Origin: Bdellovibrionales bacterium
GTDB taxonomy: Bacteria; Bdellovibrionota; Bdellovibrionia; Bdellovibrionales; CAYMLA01
Direction of reading: 5' to 3'
Length of the DNA stretch: 64,000 nucleotides
Assembly: GCA_965217115.1 (NCBI GenBank)
Contig: OZ244239.1
Coordinates: 1,938,791 to 2,002,790, forward strand
The translations under genes were made by a program, and so were the position numbers. The notes under the pieces were generated by a model, which saw nothing but the letters and a program-made list of their open reading frames with translations, made no database searches and was not told the origin of the DNA. Shown here piece by piece: positions 1 to 11,342 of the stretch; positions within the stretch are counted from its first letter, which is position 1, and each line of letters starts with the position of its first letter.

Positions 1-207
1 AATTCCACCGGTGGCATTTTTATAAACAGTCTTTACCTTTATTCCCGTAGCGCCCTTAGAAAAGTTCCTATACATCTTAAAAAGAACGTCTTTCTTGTGA
101 GAGTCCATCTTATAAATAGTTCCTATTAATTTTTCTTTAGCAGATTGACCTTCAAAAGAAAAAGAAATTAAAACAAGGAAGGCGAATGTTTTTAAATAGA
201 TTGTCAC
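1..207 (-). CDS. hypothetical secreted protein, N-terminal part only (runs off the window edge)
   Basis: Own minus-strand translation. GTG at 207 is preceded by GGAGAG. MTIYLKTFAFLVLISFSFEGQSAKEK... stays open to position 1. Hydrophobic signal-like N-terminus. Absent from the ORF track because it is truncated. Confidence 0.35.
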   Translation of the reverse strand, partial: MTIYLKTFAFLVLISFSFEGQSAKEKLIGTIYKMDSHKKDVLFKMYRNFSKGATGIKVKTVYKNATGGI

Positions 208-295
208 GTCAATACTCTCCAAAAAGTTAAAAAGGTTATTCTCTATAAAGAGTATAGCCTTGTTTTAATTAAAATCTCAAGTAATGAAGGAAAAG

Positions 296-625
296 TTAAA
301 CACTGAAAGAAATGCCGCATCCACAGGACTTAGCAGCATTTGGATTCTCAAAAGTAAACCCATTGCCGTTTAAGCCACCATCGTAATCTAAGGTCATTCC
401 TATAAGGTAAAGATAGCTCTCTTGATCGACCACGACCTTCTCACCGTCATGTTCAAACTCATGATCCTTCGAGTCTTTCTCATTTCCAAAATCCATTTTA
501 TAGGACATTCCTGAACACCCCCCTTTCTTAATCAACACTCTGATAAAAGAGTCTGGTGTTAAAGAAGAGTCTTCTTCTTTGAGATTTTTGATTTTTTTAA
601 TAGCTTTTTCAGTCAAATGAATCAT
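296..625 (-). CDS. IscA/ErpA/HesB-family iron-sulfur cluster insertion protein
   Basis: 109 aa. Internal GGCSG motif and C-terminal CGCGxSF motif typical of A-type Fe-S carriers. Directly downstream of a cysteine desulfurase. Confidence 0.85.
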   Translation of the reverse strand: MIHLTEKAIKKIKNLKEEDSSLTPDSFIRVLIKKGGCSGMSYKMDFGNEKDSKDHEFEHDGEKVVVDQESYLYLIGMTLDYDGGLNGNGFTFENPNAAKSCGCGISFSV

Positions 626-694
626 AGCTCGACTCTACCATGATTGGGAATAAAGGTAAAATATAAAAGAATAATATAAAAGAATAATAGAAAA

Positions 695-1855
695 TTAGAC
701 TGTTTTCCGGCTTTTAGTATAAGCATTAATTAAAACCTCAGCAGCTTTCTCAATGTGTGCTGCCGTTGTCCAGCGTCCCAGCCCAAGGCGATAGGTTGTT
801 CGTGTAGAATCATCGCTGAGGCCAATGGCTTTGAGGACGTAGCTTCCGGCCGTTGAGGCTGAGGAACAGGCTGAGCCAGTGCTCACAGCGATAGGACTCA
901 AGTGGAGAAGCATCTCGTCAGGGTTGACGCCAGAAAACGAGAGATTTGCGTTATGGGAGAGGCGCTTCGTAGGATGGCCATTTACTTTTATGTCAGGAAT
1001 AGAATTTCGTACTTTCTCGACAAGTAGGTTTCGAAGGCCTTCAAGTCGACTATTCTCTTCAGCCATTTTTTCTATGGCTATTTCACAGGCTTTACCAAGA
1101 CCTACAATACCGGGAACATTGACAGTCCCTGAACGTAAATCCCTCTCCTGACCACCGCCGATAATTAATGGTTCTAAAAAACATTTAGGAGATTGGCTGC
1201 GGATAAAGAGAGCGCCACTCCCTTTAGGCCCGTAGATCTTATGCGCAGAGAGAGAGAGGAAATCGATTCCTAAGTCATTTACATCTATAAATATCTTCCC
1301 AATAGCTTGGGTGGCATCTGTGTGAAAAAAAACATCATTGGCTTTTGCGACCTTACCAATCTCTTTAATGGGATTAATAGTACCAATTTCATTATTGGCA
1401 AAAATAACACTTATAAGAATAGTGTTGCTCTTTATGGCATTTTTAATTTGTTCAGCTGAGATTTGTCCATACTGATCTACAGGGAGAATGGTGAGTTCTG
1501 CACCTTGCTTATGGGCTCTAGAAAATGGTTGTAGAATCGATTTGTGCTCGGCATTGGTGGTTATGATATGAGGTTTTCCCGGTCCTGCCCATTGATTTAA
1601 AATGCCTTGTAAAACCCAATTATTAGCTTCTGTAGCTCCGCTAGTAAAAGTAATCTCTTTGGGTTTAGCTCCGAGAATATTGGAAACCTGTTTACGTGCA
1701 GTATTGATAGCTGTATTTCCATCCCAACCATAGGAGTGCATGGAGCTTGATGGGTTGCCAAAAATTTTTGTAAAAAATGGGAGCATAGTTTCAAGAACGA
1801 GAGGGTCTACGGGGGTAGTTGCGTGGTAGTCCAAGTAAATTGGCATATCAGTCAT
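695..1855 (-). CDS. cysteine desulfurase (NifS/IscS family, class V aminotransferase fold)
   Basis: 386 aa. PLP-lysine motif SLSAHKIYGPKG, active-site loop STGSACSS, and HATTPVDP near the N-terminus. Confidence 0.9.
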   Translation of the reverse strand: MTDMPIYLDYHATTPVDPLVLETMLPFFTKIFGNPSSSMHSYGWDGNTAINTARKQVSNILGAKPKEITFTSGATEANNWVLQGILNQWAGPGKPHIITTNAEHKSILQPFSRAHKQGAELTILPVDQYGQISAEQIKNAIKSNTILISVIFANNEIGTINPIKEIGKVAKANDVFFHTDATQAIGKIFIDVNDLGIDFLSLSAHKIYGPKGSGALFIRSQSPKCFLEPLIIGGGQERDLRSGTVNVPGIVGLGKACEIAIEKMAEENSRLEGLRNLLVEKVRNSIPDIKVNGHPTKRLSHNANLSFSGVNPDEMLLHLSPIAVSTGSACSSASTAGSYVLKAIGLSDDSTRTTYRLGLGRWTTAAHIEKAAEVLINAYTKSRKTV

Positions 1856-2113
1856 TCGTTTTCCCTCAGTGTGTCAATATCTAATTTGTAACCACTTCAA
1901 CGTGTTTTTAACCGAAAGACTTTAAAAACAGGCCTAAGACGTGACTCTATTCTAATATCTGGTGGAGGTTTTTTTGACAAGATAAAAGAGCTTTTTTTGC
2001 CAGAGGTTTGCAGGATAAAAGAAGGTGTGAATTGTTTAGGAATCGTTGGCAAGGACTTGTCATTTTAGATCTTTGTGTTATATCCCATGTGTCAATTCCC
2101 TATTAATTTGGAG

Positions 2114-3325
2114 ATGATTGTGAATGATTTTCGTGAATTAGACCTCTTTAATCCCACAGAAGAACACACAATGTTGCGTGAAATGGTTGCGACTTTCACC
2201 CAAACGGAAGTAGAGCCGCAGGCCGAGGAATATGATCGAGAGGAAAAATTTAATCTAAAGTTATTTAGAAAACTAGGCACACTGGGTTTATTGGGAATCA
2301 CCGTTCCTGAAGAGTTTGGTGGCTCAGGGATGGATGCAGTGGCGGCTGTTATTGCCCATGAAGAGATATCCTATTCTGATCCAGGGTTTTGCTTAGCCTA
2401 CCTGGCCCATGCGATGCTTTGTACAAATAACATAGCTGTTAACGCTAGTGATGAGCAAAAGAGAAAATACCTACCAAAGCTTTGTTCAGGGGAATTTATT
2501 GGCGCCATGGCAATATCTGAGCCCCATGTAGGTACGGATGTCTTGGGCATGAGCACGACGGCTGTTAAAAACACTGAGGGTTATCTTATAAATGGTGAAA
2601 AAATGTGGATTACTAATGGGGCTGTCGATGACCAAAAGACCCTCTGTGATTGTGTGTTAGTTTATGCCAAAACAGGTGAAAAAAATGGCAGAGCATTACT
2701 CTCAACATTCATTGTCGATAAGAGAGATTCTGGATTTTTAGTTGGACAAAAGATAAAGGGAAAACTGGGAATGCGAGGTTCCAATACGGCTGAGTTGGTT
2801 TTTCAAAACTGCAATGTTTCATCGAAGTCCATTATTGGAGAAGAAGGCGACTCTATGTTACACATGATGAAAAATCTAGAGATTGAGAGATTAACCCTGG
2901 CTGCTCAAAGTATTGGTATAGCCCGTCGTTGCATAGATGTGATGGTGAAGTACTCTAATGAGCGAATTGCTTTTGGCAAGGAGCTATCTTATTTTGGTCA
3001 GATACAAAAATATATTGGTGAGAGTTACGCTGAGTATAAGGCGGCAAAGACCTATGTGTACAATACGGCAAGGGCCTTAAGTCTTTCAAATCATGGTCAT
3101 CGTTTGGATTCGGACGGAGTAAAACTTGTTGCAACGACGATGGCTAAGAGTGTAGCTGATCGAGCGATTCAAGTTCTAGGTGGTTATGGTTACGTGTCAG
3201 AGTATGTGGTGGAAAGACTTTGGAGAGATGCTAAACTATTAGAAATCGGTGGAGGAACTTTAGAGGCTCATCAGAAAAACATCACCTATGATTTATCTAA
3301 AAGTGACTTAAAAAGTGTTCTTTGA
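2114..3325 (+). CDS. acyl-CoA dehydrogenase (isovaleryl-CoA dehydrogenase-like)
   Basis: The ORF is open from GTG 2075. ATG 2114 (MIVNDFREL...) fits family N-termini better. Motifs seen: LGLLGITVPEEFGG, AISEPHVGTD, WITNG, and C-terminal RDAKLLEIGGGT. Confidence 0.85.
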   Translation: MIVNDFRELDLFNPTEEHTMLREMVATFTQTEVEPQAEEYDREEKFNLKLFRKLGTLGLLGITVPEEFGGSGMDAVAAVIAHEEISYSDPGFCLAYLAHAMLCTNNIAVNASDEQKRKYLPKLCSGEFIGAMAISEPHVGTDVLGMSTTAVKNTEGYLINGEKMWITNGAVDDQKTLCDCVLVYAKTGEKNGRALLSTFIVDKRDSGFLVGQKIKGKLGMRGSNTAELVFQNCNVSSKSIIGEEGDSMLHMMKNLEIERLTLAAQSIGIARRCIDVMVKYSNERIAFGKELSYFGQIQKYIGESYAEYKAAKTYVYNTARALSLSNHGHRLDSDGVKLVATTMAKSVADRAIQVLGGYGYVSEYVVERLWRDAKLLEIGGGTLEAHQKNITYDLSKSDLKSVL

Positions 3326-4241
3326 GGGGCCTGAAAAGAAGGTTGAAGTTATTATTAAAAAATCGTGGGGGTCTCTACGAGAAATACCTAAGAGGACTTG
3401 GAAAGATATTGTTCACAAAGCTAAGGCTTGTATCCTATCTCAAGTGAGTAACGAACATTGTGACGCTTATCTTTTGTCAGAGTCTAGTTTGTTTGTGTAC
3501 AATGACCATTTTGTGATGATCACCTGTGGAACGACAACTCTGGTGGAAGCTGTTACGGAGTTTCTAAAAACAGTGCCAGTGGATAATATCGAGACTCTTA
3601 TCTATGAGCGTAAGAACGAGCATTTTCCCCATTACCAGAAGTCAAATTTTTTTGAAGACATATATAAATTAGAAAAAATCTTACCAGGAAAAGCATGGCA
3701 GTTTGGTGATGAAGACAACCATCACCTTCTATTATTCCAGATGGGCAGTTCGTATCAGCCTGAAGAGGATGATATGACCGTAGAGGTTTTAATGCATGGG
3801 ATTCAAGGGGAAGCTAAAACTTTTTTTAAAGATATACATCAGTCTAAAGAAAAAATAAAAAAATTAAAAATAGCGGATATTTTTTCTGGTTTCTTGGTAG
3901 ATGACCATTTGTTTGAGCCATTGGGTTATTCTTTGAATGCCATAAAAGAAAACTGGTATTACACAATTCATGTGACTCCAGAAGAACTAGGTTCCTATGT
4001 GAGCTTTGAGACTAATTATTTTTTACAAGAAAGCTTGCACGAGATTGTCGAAAAGGTTTTAGCGATATTTCAGCCAGAATCTTGTGATGTGATTGTTTTC
4101 CATAAAGAGCAGAGAGGTGTTGAGGATTTAAAAGGTTATCGTTTACGAAGTCACATCGAAGAATATTTAGGTGGATACAGTGTTTCATTTAAGCATTTTT
4201 ATCAACCACAGTTGGGGCCGAAAAGGGCATTTAGGGTTTAA
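3315..4241 (+). CDS. S-adenosylmethionine decarboxylase proenzyme, eukaryote-type (class 2)
   Basis: 308 aa. FFEGPEKKVEV at the N-terminus. DAYLLSESSLFVY...ITCGTT matches the human autoprocessing site YVLSESSMFV...KTCGTT. HVTPEELGSYVSFETN matches HITPEPEFSYVSFETN. The GTG start overlaps the stop of the upstream gene. Confidence 0.85.
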   Translation: MFFEGPEKKVEVIIKKSWGSLREIPKRTWKDIVHKAKACILSQVSNEHCDAYLLSESSLFVYNDHFVMITCGTTTLVEAVTEFLKTVPVDNIETLIYERKNEHFPHYQKSNFFEDIYKLEKILPGKAWQFGDEDNHHLLLFQMGSSYQPEEDDMTVEVLMHGIQGEAKTFFKDIHQSKEKIKKLKIADIFSGFLVDDHLFEPLGYSLNAIKENWYYTIHVTPEELGSYVSFETNYFLQESLHEIVEKVLAIFQPESCDVIVFHKEQRGVEDLKGYRLRSHIEEYLGGYSVSFKHFYQPQLGPKRAFRV

Positions 4242-4298
4242 TCTTCTATTAAAAATAAAAAAGGCCTCGATCTTAACGATCGAAGCCTAAGAAGATTA
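4235..4298. repeat. 64-bp repeat module, copy 1, containing a bidirectional terminator-like hairpin (4262-4288)
   Basis: 58/64 identical to 6957-7020 by hand alignment. Stem GGCCTCGATC / GATCGAAGCC with an A-run on one side. The single C-A mismatch becomes G-U on the minus-strand transcript. Lies between convergent genes. Confidence 0.75.
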
Positions 4299-4320
4299 TT
4301 TAAACAAGACCAATGGGAAC

Positions 4321-4692
4321 CTACCAGTCTCCAAATTTTTTATCGATGGCGTCACCAATAAGATCTCCAAGACCACTGTCGGTGCCTTCCTGCTCACAAA
4401 CCATGTAGTCTTCATTATTTTTAAGTCTACGACAGACATTAGCATCAGATTTACTCCAGAAATCCACATGACCGCTGCATGCAGACGCCGCTTTGGATCT
4501 AGCTACAGCTAAAGTTTTGCCCTTACCTTCATAGTAGGATCTTCGACCAAAAGTATTAATTGGAGGATCATAGTGGCAGACCCACTCTCCTTCATCACCA
4601 TCTATAAGTTTACCAAAAACATCTCCTAGTTTGTTAGCAAAAACGCTTCCTGATACCAAAAGAACACTTAATACGATTAATGCTTTTTTCAT
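4321..4692 (-). CDS. small secreted cysteine-containing protein, unknown function
   Basis: 123 aa. N-terminal signal peptide MKKALIVLSVLLVSGSVFA and six Cys in the mature part. No recognised family. Confidence 0.6.
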   Translation of the reverse strand: MKKALIVLSVLLVSGSVFANKLGDVFGKLIDGDEGEWVCHYDPPINTFGRRSYYEGKGKTLAVARSKAASACSGHVDFWSKSDANVCRRLKNNEDYMVCEQEGTDSGLGDLIGDAIDKKFGDW

Positions 4693-4936
4693 TTACATGC
4701 CTCCCATGTTTTTTTATAAGTTAAGCCAAGGGTTGTAGTCTAAAAAAAATTTTGAGCCAAGTTATTCTGGTTATTCTGGAGGCTTTGAATTTTTTACAAA
4801 AAACGGGGTGTACATACCTCCATGTCTTCTCTATGATGGGAAGCAAATTGAAGGGCCATTTTTTTAATGCACTTTATTAGAGAACTAACCTAAGGTAGAA
4901 CGTCAATGATTTCTTTGTTTAATAGAGGTTTGATTT

Positions 4937-5839
4937 ATGGATAATGAGAATGAAATGCTTTATCGACATGCCGATATGTGGGTGACAGAGAAGTACAAAG
5001 ATCTCTTGAGAATATCCTACCGTATTAAGAAAACTTTATATTCTGAGCGAAGTGATTTTCAACAAATAGATATGGTAGACACTTTGGGATATGGTAAAAT
5101 GTTACTCAATGATGGGCTGGTTATGGTGACAGAGCGTGATGAATTTGCCTATCACGACATGATAGCACATGTGCCTTTATTTGTGCATCCCGATCCTAAA
5201 AAGGTTCTGGTGATTGGTGGAGGTGATGGCGGAACGATTCGTGAAGTTTTGCGCCATAAGAGTGTCGAGAAAGCTTGTTTAATCGAAATAGACCCTTGCG
5301 TCTTAGAGGCCTGTGAAAAACATATACCGCAGATGGCTAGTGCCTTAAAAGATAAACGATGCGTGGTTCGAGTAGAGGATGGGGTTAAGTTTGTCTCTGA
5401 GACAAAGGATAGGTTTGATGTTATTATTATAGATTCAACCGATCCTATTGGACCAGCAACACCCTTGTTCGGCGAAGAGTTCTATAAAAACGTGAAGGGA
5501 ATTCTTAAAGATAAAAATGGCATTGTTGTCTCTCAGGGAGAATCACCTTTTTATGGTGTTGTAGAACAGAAATCCTTATTAAAGGTCTTGAAGACACAGT
5601 TTGAGAGAGTTCATATGTATAATTTTTCTAATATGACTTATCCAGGGGGGTTGTGGTCCTTTACATTTTCCTCTGATGCCATTTGTCCTATTGCTGATTT
5701 TAAGAGAGAGCGAGTGAAGTTATCTAAAATGGAGTTTCAATACTATAATGCAGATATTCACAAAGGGGCATTTTTTCTACCACAATTTCAGAGAGAAAAC
5801 TTTAAGGGTATTTTGTCAGATCTACCAGGGGAATTTTAA
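4937..5839 (+). CDS. speE: spermidine synthase
   Basis: 300 aa. VLVIGGGDGGTIREVLRH SAM-fold motif, IIIDSTDPIGPA, and QGESPF. Confidence 0.9.
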   Translation: MDNENEMLYRHADMWVTEKYKDLLRISYRIKKTLYSERSDFQQIDMVDTLGYGKMLLNDGLVMVTERDEFAYHDMIAHVPLFVHPDPKKVLVIGGGDGGTIREVLRHKSVEKACLIEIDPCVLEACEKHIPQMASALKDKRCVVRVEDGVKFVSETKDRFDVIIIDSTDPIGPATPLFGEEFYKNVKGILKDKNGIVVSQGESPFYGVVEQKSLLKVLKTQFERVHMYNFSNMTYPGGLWSFTFSSDAICPIADFKRERVKLSKMEFQYYNADIHKGAFFLPQFQRENFKGILSDLPGEF

Positions 5840-6535
5840 TTGGCGAATCTTCGTTTTCCCTATAGCGATCCTCTAAAATATCAAGGGTATAGTTTTAGTG
5901 TAGATAAGGTGTTGTCCACTGTTGGCGAGATGCTCACGCAAGAGCGTCGACAGAAAATCACCGAAATCGTAGAGGACCGTACCTACAATGTGTGCCTTGT
6001 TCTAGATCAGATTTATGACAGGGGAAATGCCAGTGCAGTTATGCGTTCGGCGGAAGCGATGGGGTATCAAACGATTCATGTGATTGAAACAGATGAAAAA
6101 TTTAAGGAAGCCAATCGCGTGACTCAAGGAGCTGATAAGTGGCTTCATATTGAAAGGTGGAAGACCCCTATGGGTTGTGTTCAGCGTTTGAAAGCAGAGG
6201 GGTATCAAATTTGCGCGACAAGCCTGGAGGCGAGTGTACCTATATCAGAGGTTGACTTCACTCAACCGACAGCGTTGGTTCTGGGTAACGAAAAAGAGGG
6301 AGTGTGTCAGGAGATATTAACTCATTCTGATGTTAATGTGATTTTGCCAATGCAAGGCTTTGTTCAGAGTTACAATATTTCGGTTGCAGGAGCTTTATGT
6401 TGTTATCATATATATCAAGATCGTGTGAGACGTCAGGGCTTCCATGGGGACTTAAGTTCTCAAGAAAAGGAAATATTAAAAGCCCATTATTTTTTACGTT
6501 CTCAACCATTAGGGGTTGATGTTTTAAATCTATAG
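5840..6535 (+). CDS. trmH: SpoU-family tRNA (guanosine-2'-O)-methyltransferase (TrmH-like)
   Basis: 231 aa. The N-terminal region resembles E. coli TrmH. SpoU motifs [10 protein letters not shown] and [20 protein letters not shown] start abuts the speE stop. Confidence 0.75.
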   Translation: MANLRFPYSDPLKYQGYSFSVDKVLSTVGEMLTQERRQKITEIVEDRTYNVCLVLDQIYDRGNASAVMRSAEAMGYQTIHVIETDEKFKEANRVTQGADKWLHIERWKTPMGCVQRLKAEGYQICATSLEASVPISEVDFTQPTALVLGNEKEGVCQEILTHSDVNVILPMQGFVQSYNISVAGALCCYHIYQDRVRRQGFHGDLSSQEKEILKAHYFLRSQPLGVDVLNL

Positions 6536-6543
6536 GAGTTTTT

Positions 6544-6933
6544 ATGTCTAAAGAGAGTCAAGAAGCAAATAAATATGGAACGGAAATAATTAAAAATAAT
6601 AGATTGGAGGCCTTTGAGAATAGGACCCAGGTTCGTCGGTACACGGTTGATTTTAATTGTCCTGAGTTTACGTGTCTTTGTCCAATATCAGGCTTTCCAG
6701 ATTTTGCAACAATCAATATATCTTATGTTCCTGACAAGCAATGCGTGGAGTTGAAATCGTTAAAACTTTATCTTAATAGTTTTAGAGATAAAAATATTTA
6801 CCACGAGGATGTAACAAATATTATCCTACAGGATTTAATAGATCTACTGGACCCTTGGGAGGTTAAGGTAGAGGGAGACTTTAATGTGCGTGGTAATATT
6901 AAAACTGTTGTTACGGCATCCCATGCAAAATAA
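6544..6933 (+). CDS. queF: NADPH-dependent 7-cyano-7-deazaguanine (preQ0) reductase, unimodular type
   Basis: 129 aa. [18 protein letters not shown] catalytic-Cys motif and [13 protein letters not shown]...YHE motif. Confidence 0.9.
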   Translation: MSKESQEANKYGTEIIKNNRLEAFENRTQVRRYTVDFNCPEFTCLCPISGFPDFATINISYVPDKQCVELKSLKLYLNSFRDKNIYHEDVTNIILQDLIDLLDPWEVKVEGDFNVRGNIKTVVTASHAK

Positions 6934-6956
6934 ATGCACTCACTTTAGAGGGGAGC

Positions 6957-7020
6957 GGTTTAATCTTCTATTAAAAACAAAAAAGGCCTCGATCTTAATA
7001 ATCGAAGCCTAAAGACATTA
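6957..7020. repeat. 64-bp repeat module, copy 2, with a terminator-like hairpin (about 6985-7009)
   Basis: 58/64 identical to 4235-4298. Same position relative to a convergent pair (plus-strand housekeeping gene, minus-strand small secreted-protein gene). Confidence 0.75.
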
Positions 7021-7053
7021 AATCAGTCAGTGTGACCTTGAGAAACTAAAATA

Positions 7054-7500
7054 TTAGTCGTCTTCATTTTTAAGGATGAGTTTTACATATTTAGTCGATA
7101 TTGCAACCCCCTCACTATGAAGACAGATATAGTGTTTTCCATCAGAAGGCAGTATGGTGACAGCTTTGTCTTGATCAATGATGAGATCATCGGCTTGATC
7201 TTGCTCCTCATACTGCAAAATATTAAGTTCGTTGTCGCTATCACACGGGCCTTCAATATTATTCTTCTGATTGTAAGTGCATTCGTCAACTGCAGAGTAG
7301 AGAGAATAGCCTCGTAGAAACGCAACTTTTTTATCATTCACTTTCTTTATGAGAAGAGTGCAATAATTCTTCTTATAACCCGGCGGTTCGTCTGGATTGC
7401 TTGAATCAGTCGCAGAGGAGCCTCCTCCTGAACAATGGGTAAGAAAAACTGTGAGACCTATGTATAGGATCGTTTTTGTTAAATAACTTGTCGCTTTCAC
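7054..7500 (-). CDS. small lipoprotein, unknown function
   Basis: 148 aa. Signal peptide with lipobox LTHC followed by a Gly/Ser linker. Acidic C-terminal half. Confidence 0.6.
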   Translation of the reverse strand: MKATSYLTKTILYIGLTVFLTHCSGGGSSATDSSNPDEPPGYKKNYCTLLIKKVNDKKVAFLRGYSLYSAVDECTYNQKNNIEGPCDSDNELNILQYEEQDQADDLIIDQDKAVTILPSDGKHYICLHSEGVAISTKYVKLILKNEDD

Positions 7501-7849
7501 TGTATTAAACTCCTTAGTCGAAATCCCAGTCGTTGAGACTTATAAAAGCAAAGAGTGTACCAAGTGAAAATGGACCTAAGGCTAAGAAAGTCTGGTTTTT
7601 TGTTTAAAGACTCTCAGGTGTATAAAAGATATTTGTTTTTCTTAAGATTTCAGGAGTTATTCCCGTTGTTTTTCCATATAACTGGCTTCCTTTAATGGGC
7701 AACCCTATGATTAGAGAGTGCCTGTCGTTTAGATCTGCGACGAAAGTCTCGTTAATTTTGAAAAAAACCTGGGCAAACTGTAATTTTTTGTCGATTTATT
7801 GCACTTACTTGGGTAGAGACTAAATATAATTAAAAACAAGGGAGATATC

Positions 7850-10308
<2,459 letters not shown>

Positions 10309-10340
10309 TTAGATGAATAGGCAAGATGTCGTTCGGAGAT

Positions 10341-11336
10341 TCATGCTATGTCGCAATGGGCAATTGATGATGAATGTCTTCGGTACCATTGCCTGTCAGG
10401 AGGGAGAAGATCATCTAAGGATTCGTTGTTGAAGTGGGCTTCAACTTTGTTAAGGGATTCTAAAGAAGATTTTCTGAGTGCTTCGTTCGTTGTCACTCCT
10501 AGATGGGGTGAGAGGATGACATTGTCACAATGGAGTAGGGGGTGACCGAGAGGGAGAGGTTCCTGTTCAAACACATCTAAACAAGCACCTGCTATGATTT
10601 TTTTTTGCAGAGCTTCTACGAGGTGACCTTCGTGAACGGTAGAACCACGGCAAGCATTTATGAGAAGACACCGTGGGGGCATCTTAATTAAATTATTCTT
10701 ATTTATCATGTGATGCGTTTCCTGGGTGAGGGGAACGTGAAGGGTGACGACATCAGAGTTTCTAAGCAGATCATCTAACTGTGAATAGCGCGTGTAGTTT
10801 AAGTTTTCCCCGTTCACATATGGGTCATGGTATTGAATTTGGCAGCCATAAGCTTTGAGTATACGGGCCACGTGCTGCCCGATGCGGCCCATGCCGACAA
10901 CACCTATTTTTTTTCCTTCTAATTCAGAGCCTATTAACTGTGAGCGATCCCAGTGGGCTGAGTGAATTTGTTTCGTCGCTTGGAATATTTTTTTAAAGAA
11001 ACAATGGAGTAATAACAAGGTGAGCTCTGCAGTGCTGGCAATATGAGCATTGGGCGTGTGCGCAGTGGCGATGTTAGATTTTCGTGTTGCATCTAAATCA
11101 ATGTGATCAAAACCACTAGTGGCCGTAATAATAAGTTCTAGATGGGGGCAGAGTTTTAAAAAATCGGTTGTGATTTTTGTTTGTGAACGAATGATAATGG
11201 CGTTTGCAGTTTGCAATTGCCGTTGAATTTCTTTTTCTGTTGGCCCAGCGATTTCGATATCAAAGGGCCAGGGCTTCTCTTTAAGGAGTGTTTTATCAAA
11301 GCGGCCAATAATAAGAGTTTTTGGTTGATTTTCCAT
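10341..11336 (-). CDS. D-isomer-specific 2-hydroxyacid dehydrogenase (phosphoglycerate dehydrogenase-like, no ACT domain)
   Basis: 331 aa. NAD-binding GVVGMGRIGQ, a catalytic-region RG...E...H pattern, and location downstream of a class-V aminotransferase. Confidence 0.75.
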   Translation of the reverse strand: MENQPKTLIIGRFDKTLLKEKPWPFDIEIAGPTEKEIQRQLQTANAIIIRSQTKITTDFLKLCPHLELIITATSGFDHIDLDATRKSNIATAHTPNAHIASTAELTLLLLHCFFKKIFQATKQIHSAHWDRSQLIGSELEGKKIGVVGMGRIGQHVARILKAYGCQIQYHDPYVNGENLNYTRYSQLDDLLRNSDVVTLHVPLTQETHHMINKNNLIKMPPRCLLINACRGSTVHEGHLVEALQKKIIAGACLDVFEQEPLPLGHPLLHCDNVILSPHLGVTTNEALRKSSLESLNKVEAHFNNESLDDLLPPDRQWYRRHSSSIAHCDIA

Positions 11337-11342
11337 GGGTGC

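Noticed and set aside
879-1151. Antisense or shadow ORFs nested in strong genes (for example 879..1151, 1597..1794, 9342..9608, 10011..10238, 46026..46367, 46133..46435, 48950..49351, 53821..54120, 56561..56914)
   Set aside because: Each lies entirely within a longer ORF that has clear family motifs, either on the other strand or in another frame. They have biased, low-complexity composition and no RBS.
2047-2062. Sigma54-like TGGCA-N-TGTCA upstream of the acyl-CoA dehydrogenase
   Set aside because: The -12 element deviates from TTGC and the spacing is only approximate. No enhancer-binding protein gene is nearby.
4761-4778. 9-bp tandem duplication GTTATTCTG x2 upstream of speE
   Set aside because: It is too short to distinguish from chance and has no associated structure or motif.
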